Assembly: GCA_051453625.1 (NCBI GenBank)
Contig: JBOZIK010000001.1
Span: 39,651,188 to 39,700,811 of the forward strand
Direction: 5' to 3'
Origin: Welwitschia mirabilis
Lineage: Eukaryota
Length of the DNA stretch: 49,624 nucleotides
In this document: piece by piece, positions 1 through 12,563 of the stretch
Layout of the letters: each line of letters opens with the position of its first letter
Numbering within the stretch: position 1 is the stretch's first letter
The notes under the pieces: model-generated
Databases searched by the model: none
What the model was told of the DNA's origin: nothing
Seen by the model: the letters and a program-made list of their open reading frames with translations, nothing else
Made by a program: the position numbers and the translations under genes

Positions 1-1730
1 TTTTAGTATTCTCACTTGATTATTTTACTTTAGATGAGTTCATTTCTAAGTACCTTTTAATTTTGACCTTCATTATTCTACACACTTGAAACCTTGGGTA
101 TCGCCATAATCACTGCCCTTTCAAATGAACTTTATCGAGTTAATACATTTATCATGCATCTTTACTCAGGTAATGTTATGATGTTTTCCTTTGGATTTTT
201 CTACGTTAGTACTTAGAATAGGTAAACACTCTTCTTTTTGTTCCTTGTGTCTATTTCTCCTCCGATTTTCTTCTATTTTCATGTCTACTATTTTCTAGTC
301 ATTTTCACATTTTCTTCTTTTCTTATAACTTTACTCATTTGGTAGTTTTCATTCTAGTCTTTCTTGCAATTTTTCAATCTAGATAGTCTATTTTTCTTCT
401 GCTATACTTTTTACTTTTCCATGTGTTTTTTAGCTCCATTTTGTTTCAAAACTGTCACTTCCATGACTCTAACTGAGCCTCATATTCTTAGCCAATATTT
501 CTCTTTTTCAAATCCTCTTCATATACCATCATCTAGGTAGTCATCCAGATGACACTGCAGAGGATGATAGACTAATTTTTTCTGACAGTCATCCTAGTTC
601 TGACATTTGGACAACCCGACCGGATGACAGTGTATTAAAAGTATCATTTCAATCCATTTTCCTCATTTTTTGATCATTTATTCATCTTTTTCCTCCATTA
701 TTTTGAGAGATGACAACCCCTCTGGCTACTATCGATATTTTGAAACTTGTTTCACCTGATTTCATTGCGAGGTTTATGAGTTTTTATCACATTTGCAAAA
801 ATGAGGTATGTTTCTCTCTCCTCCTGATTTTTCAATTTTTTTCTCCCATTTTTTAGCCTTTTAATGCATAGTTTTCATGTATGTTATCCAGTTTTTTGCA
901 ATCTACATTTTAGAACTTATTGATCTAATTTTCACTGCGTATATTTCGAGTTATGATCACTTTCATGTTTTATGAGGAACTCTCTTGTTCTTACATNNNN
1001 NNNNNNNNNNNNNNNNNNNNNNNNNNNNNNNNNNNNNNNNNNNNNNNNNNNNNNNNNNNNNNNNNNNNNNNNNNNNNNNNNNNNNNNNNNNNNNNNNNNN
1101 NNNNNNNNNNNNNNNNNNNNNNNNNNNNNNNNNNNNNNNNNNNNNNNNNNNNNNNNNNNNNNNNNNNNNNNNNNNNNNNNNNNNNNNNNNNNNNNNNNNN
1201 NNNNNNNNNNNNNNNNNNNNNNNNNNNNNNNNNNNNNNNNNNNNNNNNNNNNNNNNNNNNNNNNNNNNNNNNNNNNNNNNNNNNNNNNNNNNNNNNNNNN
1301 NNNNNNNNNNNNNNNNNNNNNNNNNNNNNNNNNNNNNNNNNNNNNNNNNNNNNNNNNNNNNNNNNNNNNNNNNNNNNNNNNNNNNNNNNNNNNNNNNNNN
1401 NNNNNNNNNNNNNNNNNNNNNNNNNNNNNNNNNNNNNNNNTTAGGCAAAATTGCTTAGTGTAATGTGCTCTACGACTTTACCAGATTAGATTTTTCATTT
1501 GAGTACTTTGATTTTTTACTTACAGCAGGGTCCTCTACTTTTACCGTGTTTAGATTTTCCTTGTTTTTCTTTGTTTCTTTTCTCACAGCTAGGTAATTCA
1601 GGATGAATTACATTTTTTAGAGGGAGCTAGGACATATTTTCAGCATTTTTAATATTTTTATTTATTACGCATCCATGTGACATTTTCATCATGTTCATCT
1701 GGTTTCGCATGATGATTTTTCTGTTTATGG

Positions 1731-2987
1731 TTGAGCAGGTCATGTACACATAGAACTAGATAGACACAGGCTTCATCTGAGTTAGTAGAATAGGCAATAG
1801 GCCCTTTAGTTGAGCTTGAGGTATAGCGCGAGGAACCCATACACCCGCCACCTCGACACGGATGATCTTTGAGTATACAGATAGCTAGCATTTGTGTTGA
1901 GAGATAATTTGGTGATTTCATAAGCCATTTAGAGCCTGAGATTGATCAGAGACTGACAGAGCTATAACTCAGATGAATTACAGATGCAAAGGGTGCCTAT
2001 TATGCTTTAGAGATTAGAGAATTTTATGATACCATGCATATAGAAAGGATCCCAGATACACATGGTCAGCTGCAGGATCACATCATTGCATACATTTGAG
2101 ACCACGAGATTGCCATTCTTTAATCTCATATAGTAGTTATTATAGATCTTGGAGGTCTTGGGAGTTTGCACATCCATTCAGCTGGTGGGACAGAGGAGCA
2201 TTGAGTTTACGATGCCATTTTAGATATTCCAGCTGACATGACCACTGATCGGCAAGGCGTGAATGTTACTCAGCTGACTCTTACATATAGAGTTTTACAC
2301 AGAGGACTAATTAATAACATCAGTCCATCATATCACGATAGTCACACTATGGTCATGCATTTATAGATTCTGACAACTTTCTGTCAGGGGGAGTAGATGG
2401 ATTTATCAACTTTTATTTGGAGGCAATTTTGATCCATGATTGAGACACGCCATTTATAGATGCTTGGTTACCCATGCCTCCTCTCTACTTTATTTAGACA
2501 ATTCAAGATATCAAAACCTATAGGTAAGTATCGTTTGACATATATTTAGACTTTTGTTCATTATTTACAGGATATGGGAATATAGATACCAGAAGAGGTC
2601 GAGAGACCTCAAGTACAGAGACCTGTAGGTGGAGCATCATTAAAGTACATCCAGGCCCTTCTAGCTGAGAGTACCGAGTCCCTCAGAGGATTTATGGATC
2701 AGTGGATCACATCCTTCAAGCAAAGAGTTAAGCAGCAGATAGTGTCTATAGAGAGAAGAGCATAGCACACAGAGGACCAAATCGTGGACATGCATCAGTG
2801 TATTGTCTCTATGCAGTAGAATGTGACATTAGACCTTCTAGAGCTAGTACGTGTCCAGGGAAGTAAGACAGTTTGATCCATTGTAGCATATCTAGAGGAG
2901 TATCTCCCTATAGATTTTGATCACCCTCCTTCCTCTCCCCCTACTCCTAAGCCAATTACTGATTTAGGATTCATCATGCATAGATGA
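1731..2987 (+). pseudogene. Degenerate env-like/extra retrotransposon ORF (ATHILA ORF1/Transposase_32-like)
   Basis: One frame with many in-frame stops but no frameshift. Motifs: YYALEIREFYDTM, TYRVLHRGLINNISP, DLSTFIW, LGYPCLLSTLFRQF, then a coiled-coil-like and Pro-rich tail. Family assigned from recalled motifs, not a search. Confidence 0.65.
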
Positions 2988-4310
2988 GGGGAGTGATTTT
3001 AGACTATATTTTGTACCCCCTTCTATACTTTTTGTATTAAAAACACTCGCTATTATATAGATATATCATTTTTTTTCAGCATGGTGTATGCTTCTTATGA
3101 TTTTTACATCACTAATCTTTCGATTTTTGCGATGAGGATTACATTTCATTTTAAGCGCATTTTTATTTTGACTATTTATCATAGTGAGGGGGCTACTTAT
3201 TATGAATTTCTAGCTGATAATTAATTAGTAAAAAATTTGATTTTTGTCACAGGTTCTAGTTTTGAAGAATTTTTAATGTTCTTGTCGTCTCCACTATCAT
3301 CTGGATGACTGAGTGGACAACCGACTGAGGATGCTTCACAAGTATTTCTGTTCCGTTTTTGAATTTTCTAGCAATTTAATTTATCTTTGAAATATTCTAA
3401 AATTCATTTTTCAGATGCTTCCTTTAGATATTATAGTTTTTATTATTTGAAAAGTTGGCTCGTAAATATTGTTTACCACCTNNNNNNNNNNNNNNNNNNN
3501 NNNNNNNNNNNNNNNNNNNNNNNNNNNNNNNNNNNNNNNNNNNNNNNNNNNNNNNNNNNNNNNNNNNNNNNNNNNNNNNNNNNNNNNNNNNNNNNNNNNN
3601 NNNNNNNNNNNNNNNNNNNNNNNNNNNNNNNNNNNNNNNNNNNNNNNNNNNNNNNNNNNNNNNNNNNNNNNNNNNNNNNNNNNNNNNNNNNNNNNNNNNN
3701 NNNNNNNNNNNNNNNNNNNNNNNNNNNNNNNNNNNNNNNNNNNNNNNNNNNNNNNNNNNNNNNNNNNNNNNNNNNNNNNNNNNNNNNNNNNNNNNNNNNN
3801 NNNNNNNNNNNNNNNNNNNNNNNNNNNNNNNNNNNNNNNNNNNNNNNNNNNNNNNNNNNNNNNNNNNNNNNNNNNNNNNNNNNNNNNNNNNNNNNNNNNN
3901 NNNNNNNNNNNNNNNNNNNNNNNNNNNNNNNNNNNNNNNNNNNNNNNNNNNNNNNNNNNNNNNNNNNNNNNNNNNNNNNNNNNNNNNNNNNNNNNNNNNN
4001 NNNNNNNNNNNNNNNNNNNNNNNNNNNNNNNNNNNNNNNNNNNNNNNNNNNNNNNNNNNNNNNNNNNNNNNNNNNNNNNNNNNNNNNNNNNNNNNNNNNN
4101 NNNNNNNNNNNNNNNNNNNNNNNNNNNNNNNNNNNNNNNNNNNNNNNNNNNNNNNNNNNNNNNNNNNNNNNNNNNNNNNNNNNNNNNNNNNNNNNNNNNN
4201 NNNNNNNNNNNNNNNNNNNNNNNNNNNNNNNNNNNNNNNNNNNNNNNNNNNNNNNNNNNNNNNNNNNNNNNNNNNNNNNNNNNNNNNNNNNNNNNNNNNN
4301 NNNNNNNNNN

Positions 4311-4669
4311 ACTTATCCCTCATAGTTTATGTTGTTTAAGATTCGTGACAGGTTTCTTTAATTATATAGATTATGAGGATAGCCTTTATTAAGGTTAAGC
4401 TTGATTAGATTAGTTGCATCGTTGTTTCTTTTCATAGAGTAATTTTGCATCGTTATTTCAATTTCATGCATTGCAGTTTAATTCAGTAGATAAGGTTACA
4501 TATTTCTTTCTCAAAATCAACTCTTTATTATTCATACCATTGGCCTTCAATGGAATTATGACACTTGGATTACTCCGACTATACTAGCATGCTATATTTG
4601 TGCATCTTATCTGTAATTAACAAGATTTAAATCAAGGGGTGAAACATTGGATAAATTTACACTGCAACA
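4311..4669 (+). repeat. LTR 3' end, family X
   Basis: Homology to the inverted copy at 39632-39973 stops exactly at the terminal GCAACA. Confidence 0.8.
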
Positions 4670-7159
4670 TCATGGAATTTAAATAAGAATTTCTTTTGAT
4701 TTCTTGATTGCAAAGTAATTTACTTAATTTTTTTCTAATTTGCTAACAACTATTTTGAATTCATGGATTTTAAAAAATGTTTTTCTTTAATAAACTAGTC
4801 TAAACTTATGAAAATATTCTAGTTGTATCTTCTTCACCTAAATGTTGGAATTTTGGAGAGTAGTTATTTCTTTGCATAGTTTAGGGTTAGATAATGAACA
4901 TTATAAATGACAAGAGGATGGATTTCTAATTTACATAGTCTGTGCACTATTATTTCCTCTACCTCTATCTTACCTAGGTAATTTAGATGACATCTCAAGA
5001 CTCATTAATCAAAATTCAACTTTAACTTGGAAAATACATCTCTAAATTTAACCATGTAAAATCACTAAATTCAAAAATACAAATTCTATAAAATTTACTC
5101 TTAAAACTGAACAAAAAAAGAAAATAATTTTTTTTAAATTTAAAGAAATCAAACAAATTCTTTTCTTTAGAACAATTATCTTTCAAAGACAAACATTTCA
5201 AATGAAAATGAAATATTTTAAAACATAGTTTCCTCTTAAGATTTAAAATCTTTTCAAACAAAGAATCTTTTTCCTATTGCAACCAAATTCTTTTTCATAA
5301 ATTAAAACATACTCATTTTTTCTACTTATAAAATCAAATGGACTCTTGAAAGAAATAATTTATAAGAAAATACAAAGAATTTTATTGATTTAATTTCAAA
5401 TCTTAATTTTATTTTGATGTAATTAAAACATTTGGGTACTCACTTGGATCTTGATATTTAATGAGGTGATCTTATCCATCAAATTTGGAACTCTTCTCTT
5501 TCAATATTTCTCTTACTTAGTTATCTAGTATTATTTCATAGTATACCTTAAAACAAAAGAAAGTATGAATATTTTATTGACATAAAAAAAAATCAAAAAT
5601 AGCTTCTAAAATAATTAACAATAACTTCAAATTTAAAAAGAATAAAAATAAATATTCCTCAATGATAGATTTTTGAAAGAAACTACGAGAAGAAATTTCA
5701 TATAAGAATAGATTAGGGAGTAAACTTTAAAGGGAAAATATAAAAGCTAACTAAGAAAATTGAAATCAAATATTATATAAATAACTCAATCTATTTCTAA
5801 AATAATCTTAAATTACTAATGTTTGCTTATGAACAACACCAAAGATAATGAGTGATAAGAAGCTAGTCAATAAAATCACAATTAGTTTTGTTGTATTCTA
5901 AGAAGATTTTGAATGTGATTTCAAGATTAAAAAACTAGAATTAATATATGGCATATGAATAATTTCTTTTCCTAATTAATAAATCAACTTCAACATTATT
6001 ATATACATTAAACAAATATAATGATATTAATTCTACAATGCTAATAATCTATTACCATACTGAAATTCTTTTAAATCTAATGGAATTGCTTGTAAATTGG
6101 TCCTTTAATAAATTTGTGAATATCTTGCATATTACAAAATGAAATAAAGACAACAATTTATACTAGGAATTGCATTGCTCATTAAAATAGTTATGTGCAT
6201 AAAAAAATGATATAGAAATGAAAAATACTAAACACAAAGTATGAAGATCAAATCAATCTTTATTCTAAAAAAAATAAGTAGTATAAGAAGAATTGAATGT
6301 TTTTTTACCAAGTTAATTACAATGTCCAAACCTCTTTTTTAATTGAAAAGTTTTACATCTATAATGGGTTTTCATAAGAATTTTTAGACAAATTATAATA
6401 GAATATATGTCAAACCAAATATGATTGAGAAGTATGTGAAATGGAAATTGATTTGATAGTATTTTCATCTCTTGAATTCTTATTATTTTCTTGAAATTGT
6501 GTATCACAATGTCCATTAATTATTGCTAACATGTTCTAAATTTTCAATCTCTATCATAAGTATATCATAAGTAGTCAAAATTGTAATCACTAGGCTATAA
6601 CATTCCATCTTCAATTGTTGACCATGGTTTTGTCATTATCATAGTGCAATGAAATAATAACTAAATTATGTGTTAAGCCTTATCAGTAAGTAATAGTTCT
6701 TACTATCATGTAAGTATCAATAAGTGATAGCTCTTCAATAACCTCTTCCTTGTTATCCTTTTAAACTAAATTTTGTTAAGTTATTATCATGTAGTGATAG
6801 TTATCCCTCACATCCAAATTACATTGAGACATATTTACATACTAGCTCAAACCATCATTCATTATAATAGGATTTTCTCATAGTGATAATCTTGTTAATA
6901 AATTTTTAAAACATAATTTAATCCTTGAAAAATTCAATTTTCATGTAATAAAGTTTTGAAGTCCATATGTTGTCTAGAAAGACTTTTTTGAAGGGATATA
7001 ATATTTTTTAATCTCAAAATAAATCATTTGATACATGTTAAATTTCATGTTTTATTGTGTCAACAACAAGTTATAGTTGTGATTCAAGTGTAGCTAAAAT
7101 GTATTGTTACCCTTGGCTTTTTTAACCTTTGTGATTAGTTCATTTCATCCTAGATAGTT

Positions 7160-7610
7160 CAATGAAAGTGATTCACCCAATTGCAATAGGTCCCATTTGC
7201 CTAGACATCCCTTAGTTAATATAATTCAATATCTATGAGATTAGTTTTATGCTCTCCTCTTCAAGGAATTAAGATTTCAATAGTCCATCTCATAAATTTA
7301 TTTTTATTTTCTTCTAGATTCTTAAAGTATAACATTTTTCCTTTTTATGCCTACTTCATCATGTGTACAATCTAATCAAAACTATACAATGCTTTTCTAC
7401 TAATGGTCTTTAAGAGCTTCCATCCTCATTAAGAGAAGTCCATCTTTTGGTAAGCCTAGCAAATTATTCATACAATCAAAATTTACTTCAATCTCATACC
7501 CATATTGGAAAATGTTCATAAAAAACTTGCCCTTGTCTCACTTTAGATACATATCTAACATCTTACCTCTTTAGAGAGGAGGCTTAAGAAAAATAGCAAT
7601 ATCATATAAA
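7160..7610 (-). pseudogene. Possible third env-like/Transposase_32-like ORF relic (approximate)
   Basis: Manual translation across a frameshift gives GYEIEVNFDCMNNLLGLPKDG and ILIP*RGEHKTNLIDIELY*L...NW, resembling the same domain family. Confidence 0.3.
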
Positions 7611-10600
7611 CTAGATATTCTCAAAGAATTTACATCACTACAAAAAATGTTAAAAAGTAAATCATTGAACTTGGAAGAACTTAGATTATAATTTTTCTTT
7701 AATATCTTGAAATCATTAGCCTTAGTGTATTTGATTTGTATGCCATTTTTATATCCTTCAAGTAAAAAAATTAGCTAATGTTAGATCCAATCTTCATCAT
7801 TATATTCATCAATAACATCAGAACAAACAAATCACTTACCCACATATGACTCCTGCAATTTGTAGGATAAAGGCTCTAAACATGTAGCTTCTAAGTTTGA
7901 TATTGCTTGCATGAAATGAATTTTGTGCCTTTTTTTTTTTGTTTTTAAGACATTGGGTTCTTTGGGCTTTAACAATATCTTTATGGTGGTTTATAATACT
8001 TGAGAAGTTTTGAGTTAAGGCTTCTTACACCCACTATGTATATTAAGATTTCCTAAAAATGCTTTAGTGCATATTGATCATTATAGACCTTATGAAATAT
8101 AAATTTGTCTATAAACATAGTGGTTCCAAGTAAATTGAAATCAAATAAACTACTTCATTTCAATCATTATTGTATTGTTAGCATGAAAGTGCCCCAGCAA
8201 CCACCTCCTACTGTCTGATAGCCAAAACCTCCTTAAGTCTTTTATATATGCTTTAGTATCTTGCATCTCCAAGATTAATTTGATCACATATATTTTGAAC
8301 CCATACGAACTAGGGCATACTTCTATTTTCCCTAAGTTTAAAAATTCTAGTAGTTTATTACATTTCCCACTGAGGAGGACAAGACACCAAAACTAGAATG
8401 GTCTCCAGCAGGATCATTACCTTTTGTTGAACCTATCAAACATTTCTTTGGATACTTTTTAGATATTTGACATTGACATTGTTTCTCTGAAGTAACACCG
8501 TGTTGGGATTAATAATTATGAGTTTATTGCTAAAACTTGTAGGAGCATAAAGTCTTCTCATCTCTTTACCACCTCTATGCCCAGGCCTAACCCCATGTAA
8601 TAGGCACACATACTTTAAATATTGGCATCATACCTTGGAAATTAATCCCTTGGTTGAACATGAAATGCGGATTAGGTGTGAATCCCCAACATAGGCATGA
8701 ATACTATCTTATTATTTACATGCAAATATTATTGGCATCAATACCCTTTATCATGCAATTTTAACAAAGACATACAATGTTAATTCTAAGACAAATATGG
8801 ATTCTTAAACCAAACATGAATCATCAAATTAAATGTCAATCTTGAATAGCACATGCACTCTGAAATTCAGCATTAAAAATTAAAAGAAAATTTATTTTTC
8901 TCATTTGACTTCATTCAAACGAGGCATAAATTCGAAAGAGTGTTAGTTTTAAGTGAAGCATTAATTGATATAAAGTTCGGATAATTTTTATAATAATAAA
9001 GAAAAATATATGTAACTTCTATAACCTGAATCTAGGCCTTATAATATGGTGTAAATTCTTAAGAAGAATTGAAATCATTGGAAATTTCCTCCTATCATAA
9101 ACATGTAACTTTTAACAAATGGCATCAATTTGCATCATATGAATAATATCATGTAAACTGGCTATTAATTCTTTCACACAAAAAGGGAAAGTAAATCAAA
9201 ATCTAGTTTATAGAGTATTTGTATGCATTCCAAAATTAAATCCTTCACACTTGTGACCTAGTGTAGTGACCTAATGTAGTGACCTTAGAAGGGGTTAAAA
9301 AAACAAATGTCACATACTCAAATATCCATGATATATCTAATACCTTTAGAATGAAATAAGCTACATCATGCACCCATGTTTCTAGCTTCAAAATTATGCA
9401 ACCATAATAACAAAGCTAAAATTTTTCACCCTACATTACAAAATAAATTACAAGAAATAGATAACAACATAAGTTCATTGCATTTAAAAACATATACTAT
9501 ACCAAATTTATCATAAAAACCTAAACTTCATTATTTATTGAGATGATTAAGAATTTCCATTATAAATTCCCTACATAACTATAACTTTGAAAGTCACAAA
9601 CCAATACTATTGCAAAACCTTCTAAACTCACTAAAATTTTCATCCTAACTTAAACTCTAATAGCATTTTTCAAAACTTACTTTAATCCTACTCAAAATCT
9701 AGCTCACGTACTTTTAAAATACTTAAGCTAAAAACAACAAGAAGAAAATGATAGAAAGAAGTCATGAAATATATAGTTTATGAAAATACAAAATTTGAAT
9801 CTAAGATTTTAGCTAGATGTCTGTAATTCTCACACCTACATCACAAAAATACAAAATTCCTATCAACATTTTAGCTTAATTCAAGGCATTCCCACACCTA
9901 CTTGAAACTAAGATTATTAAAAATCTCTAGATGATATTAAATCTTATCTTATTACACTAACAATTCTACATCCTTTAGAAGATGATATACCATTATATAG
10001 GTACTTGAAAAATACAGAAAGCTTCTCAGGTATACTATTTTATTGATCTCATAATAACAACATTGATATTCTAATCTAATACATAAGAAAGATTCTTATG
10101 AATTATGAAACTAGATATTTTCAATTGGAAAATAACTACTTATGTCTAGTTTTTAAAATTAAAAAATGGAGACATTACCTTCTATATTAGAAATTTTCCA
10201 TCATCTATTGTCACAACATCCTCTATGCACTTAATGCCAATGAATATGATTAGTCTAGTTTGGCTTGATGGCATACAACAATAGTTAAATTTAATCTTCA
10301 ATTTCTTACACCATTATTAGTTAAAGGCTAGTCTATTATTAGACTAGCTAGTAGTAATACCTCTTTCTAGTATCCATCTTATTGACACCTCTCTACTTGA
10401 TGATTACTTAAAGTCTTATTCCTACAATTTAGGATTTACAACACTATGCATATTCCTTATAACTCCATGCCATTATGCATTTTAGTTGTGCTAAGTATAA
10501 ATGTAGTATTGCAACCATCACTATTTCCATCCATGATGATAACCATGGTACCCTCCATGTCTTTCTTCTTGATTTTCCTAGCATCACCCATAACATTGCT

Positions 10601-10997
10601 AAGAATAAAATCATTATTATAGGTCTTCAAATTACTTGTCAAAACCACATCCCATTAATTTGAGTTAAGGATAAATCTCATCTTATTGTCAACCATATTT
10701 CTAGTTTCTATTAATGTCAAACTGTAACAACTCATTCCATACCTCCCATTAGTCAAACCCCTATTTAATGAGTTTGTTAAGCATGTAATAATTCATATAC
10801 CTTAATGAAAAAGTCACATAGTGCACCTAATTACTAATCATTTCCTACATCTACCCATTAAATAACTATCCTTATTTCATTTGTAACACTGCATCTTTAC
10901 CTTTCTAGCTTACTAAACCATTGAACAAAATTAAATCTAGTTAGCTTTTACATTAGCTTAGTACTAAAATATATAGACATACCTCATCATTGGTAAT

Positions 10998-11095
10998 TGT
11001 TGCGATGCCAATTTGTAAGAATTTGATGGTGTATTTGGAGTACTTTTGCAAGACATTTATACAGGTTTAGATGCAATTATGCTGATTATGGAGAG
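10998..11095 (+). repeat. LTR 5' start, family X, cut by gap
   Basis: TGTTGCGATGCC...AGGTTTAGATGCAATTATGCTGATTATGGAGAG aligns with the LTR start at 47708-47805. Confidence 0.7.
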
Positions 11096-11195
11096 NNNNN
11101 NNNNNNNNNNNNNNNNNNNNNNNNNNNNNNNNNNNNNNNNNNNNNNNNNNNNNNNNNNNNNNNNNNNNNNNNNNNNNNNNNNNNNNNNNNNNNNN

Positions 11196-11281
11196 CATAG
11201 AAACTGAGCATTTATCTATTAGTTTATCTGCAAAATAACTCAAAATACCCTATCAAATACACTTAAGTTGGTGTTACAACA
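11196..11281 (-). repeat. LTR 5' start, family X-related, inverted, cut by gap
   Basis: Reverse complement TGTTGTAACACC...GTGTATTTGATAGGGTATTTTGAGTTATTTTGCAG resembles the 10998 and 47708 starts. Confidence 0.6.
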
Positions 11282-11609
11282 ACTAGCATGTGTCTTTTGC
11301 AAGTAATATCATTTACAAGTTTACCTAAAGGACTTCAGGATTGCATAAATTCACACCACAACAGTAATTACTTTAAGCATGTTACTTAATCCTACTATAA
11401 TGATTTATACTGTCATAGTCTTCATTATCAATTACAAGATGATGTTCTATACAAGTGCACATTTAATGGCTTACAATGTAGGGGTCTTTGATGAAACCAA
11501 TAAAATATAACTTTTGTAAGAGTTATAAAATGGCGCATATAGAGGACATTACAATGCACATTGCAAGGCCAAAAGGCTCCTTCACTAGGGATTATTTTAG
11601 CTCAAAATA

Positions 11610-12497
11610 AAAGTTTAGACATTTGTTTACAACATGTTCATATTTCTTGCAAGCATAGCATTGGATCTTCTTCAATTTTTTTTGGATCTTTTCTAAACTT
11701 GGAATGATCTCTTTTTGATCCTATACTTGGTTCACCTTTTTTCTTTCTTCTATGAAAGAACTTTTTGAATCTCCTTGCTAGAAGGGTAACTTTATCAACA
11801 TTAAATTTATTGTCTGATTTTAGTGATCTATATTTTTCTTACACACTCTTCAAGGCTCATAGGTTTAAAAATAACCTTGTAGTTCTTCAAGCATCATTTA
11901 ATTGATGTTTTTTCTTTTTTTAATGGTAGTGACCTTTAGCTTAAAACATTTTGGAAGAGATCTTAATACTTTTCAAACCACCTTTACTTCTTCCATTATT
12001 TTGCCTAGACTTGCTATAGAATTTATAATGTATATTAGTCTAGCAAATAACTCTTGAAGTATATCCTCCTCGTCCATGTAAATGTATTTGAACTTGGAAA
12101 TGAGCATTTGGAATTTTGCCTACTTAATTGTAGATGTCCCTTTATGTGCTATTTCAAGAACGTCCCAATCTTCTTTTGCATGTTCATAGTTCATGATCCT
12201 TTTGAACTCATCTGCACATACTACATAAAAAATTACATTAATAGCATAGATGTCTAAGGTAGCCTTGAATTTGTCAGTGGGGATCCATTAGTCTTGAGTT
12301 TTTGCTACCCCTATATTGTTTTCATTGGCATTAGTTTTGTCCATTGTGGACACAATGTAATCCTTGTAAATTACCTCTTCTATGTTAACATCTAGGGATC
12401 TAAGAAATATTATCACATGAGTCTTCTAGTAAGCATACTTTGTTCCATTAAATATGGGTGGTCTTCTAGTGGAAAAGACATTTGAAGAATTACTCAT
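11610..12497 (-). pseudogene. gag: Copia/SIRE element A gag, truncated after the zinc knuckle
   Basis: MSNSSNVFSTRRPPIFNGTKYAY*K start and IQCYACKKYEHVVNKC knuckle; colinear with B, C and D gag. Confidence 0.85.
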
Positions 12498-12549
12498 ATT
12501 TAGTGTTCAGGAGTTTAGACTTGTTAGGATCTACTAATGACTCTACCTT

Positions 12550-12561
12550 GCTCTAATACCA
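12550..12561 (-). promoter_or_regulatory. PBS (tRNA-iMet), element A
   Basis: Minus strand TGGTATTAGAGC vs canonical TGGTATCAGAGC, 2 nt from the LTR end. Confidence 0.9.
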
Positions 12562-12563
12562 AA

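Larger units (their letters stand above)
1..4669 (+). mobile_element. 3' part of an Athila-like Ty3/Gypsy element (family X): non-coding region, env-like ORF, LTR end
   Basis: Ends in ACTGCAACA at 4669. 4311-4669 is homologous to the reverse complement of 39632-39973 and to ~48570-48815. 97-160 is homologous to ~46800-46860. Two N gaps lie inside, so contiguity is assumed. Confidence 0.6.

Noticed and set aside
2524..2570. GTAAGT...TTTACAG intron-like segment in the env-like ORF
   Set aside because: Only 47 nt; the frame continues without splicing, and removal would shift it.
953..4392. Long ORFs in the track consisting of X (also 12855-13271, 41862-42485, 45747-46437, 48698-49420)
   Set aside because: Artefacts of translating N gaps.
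8200..10990. TE-like AT-rich sequence with GTGACCTA repeats near 9254-9285
   Set aside because: No termini, PBS or protein motifs I can support; left unclassified.
12054..12257. Similar plus-strand ORFs at 12054, 15525 and 28291 that look like a small gene family
   Set aside because: Antisense shadows of the homologous gag regions.
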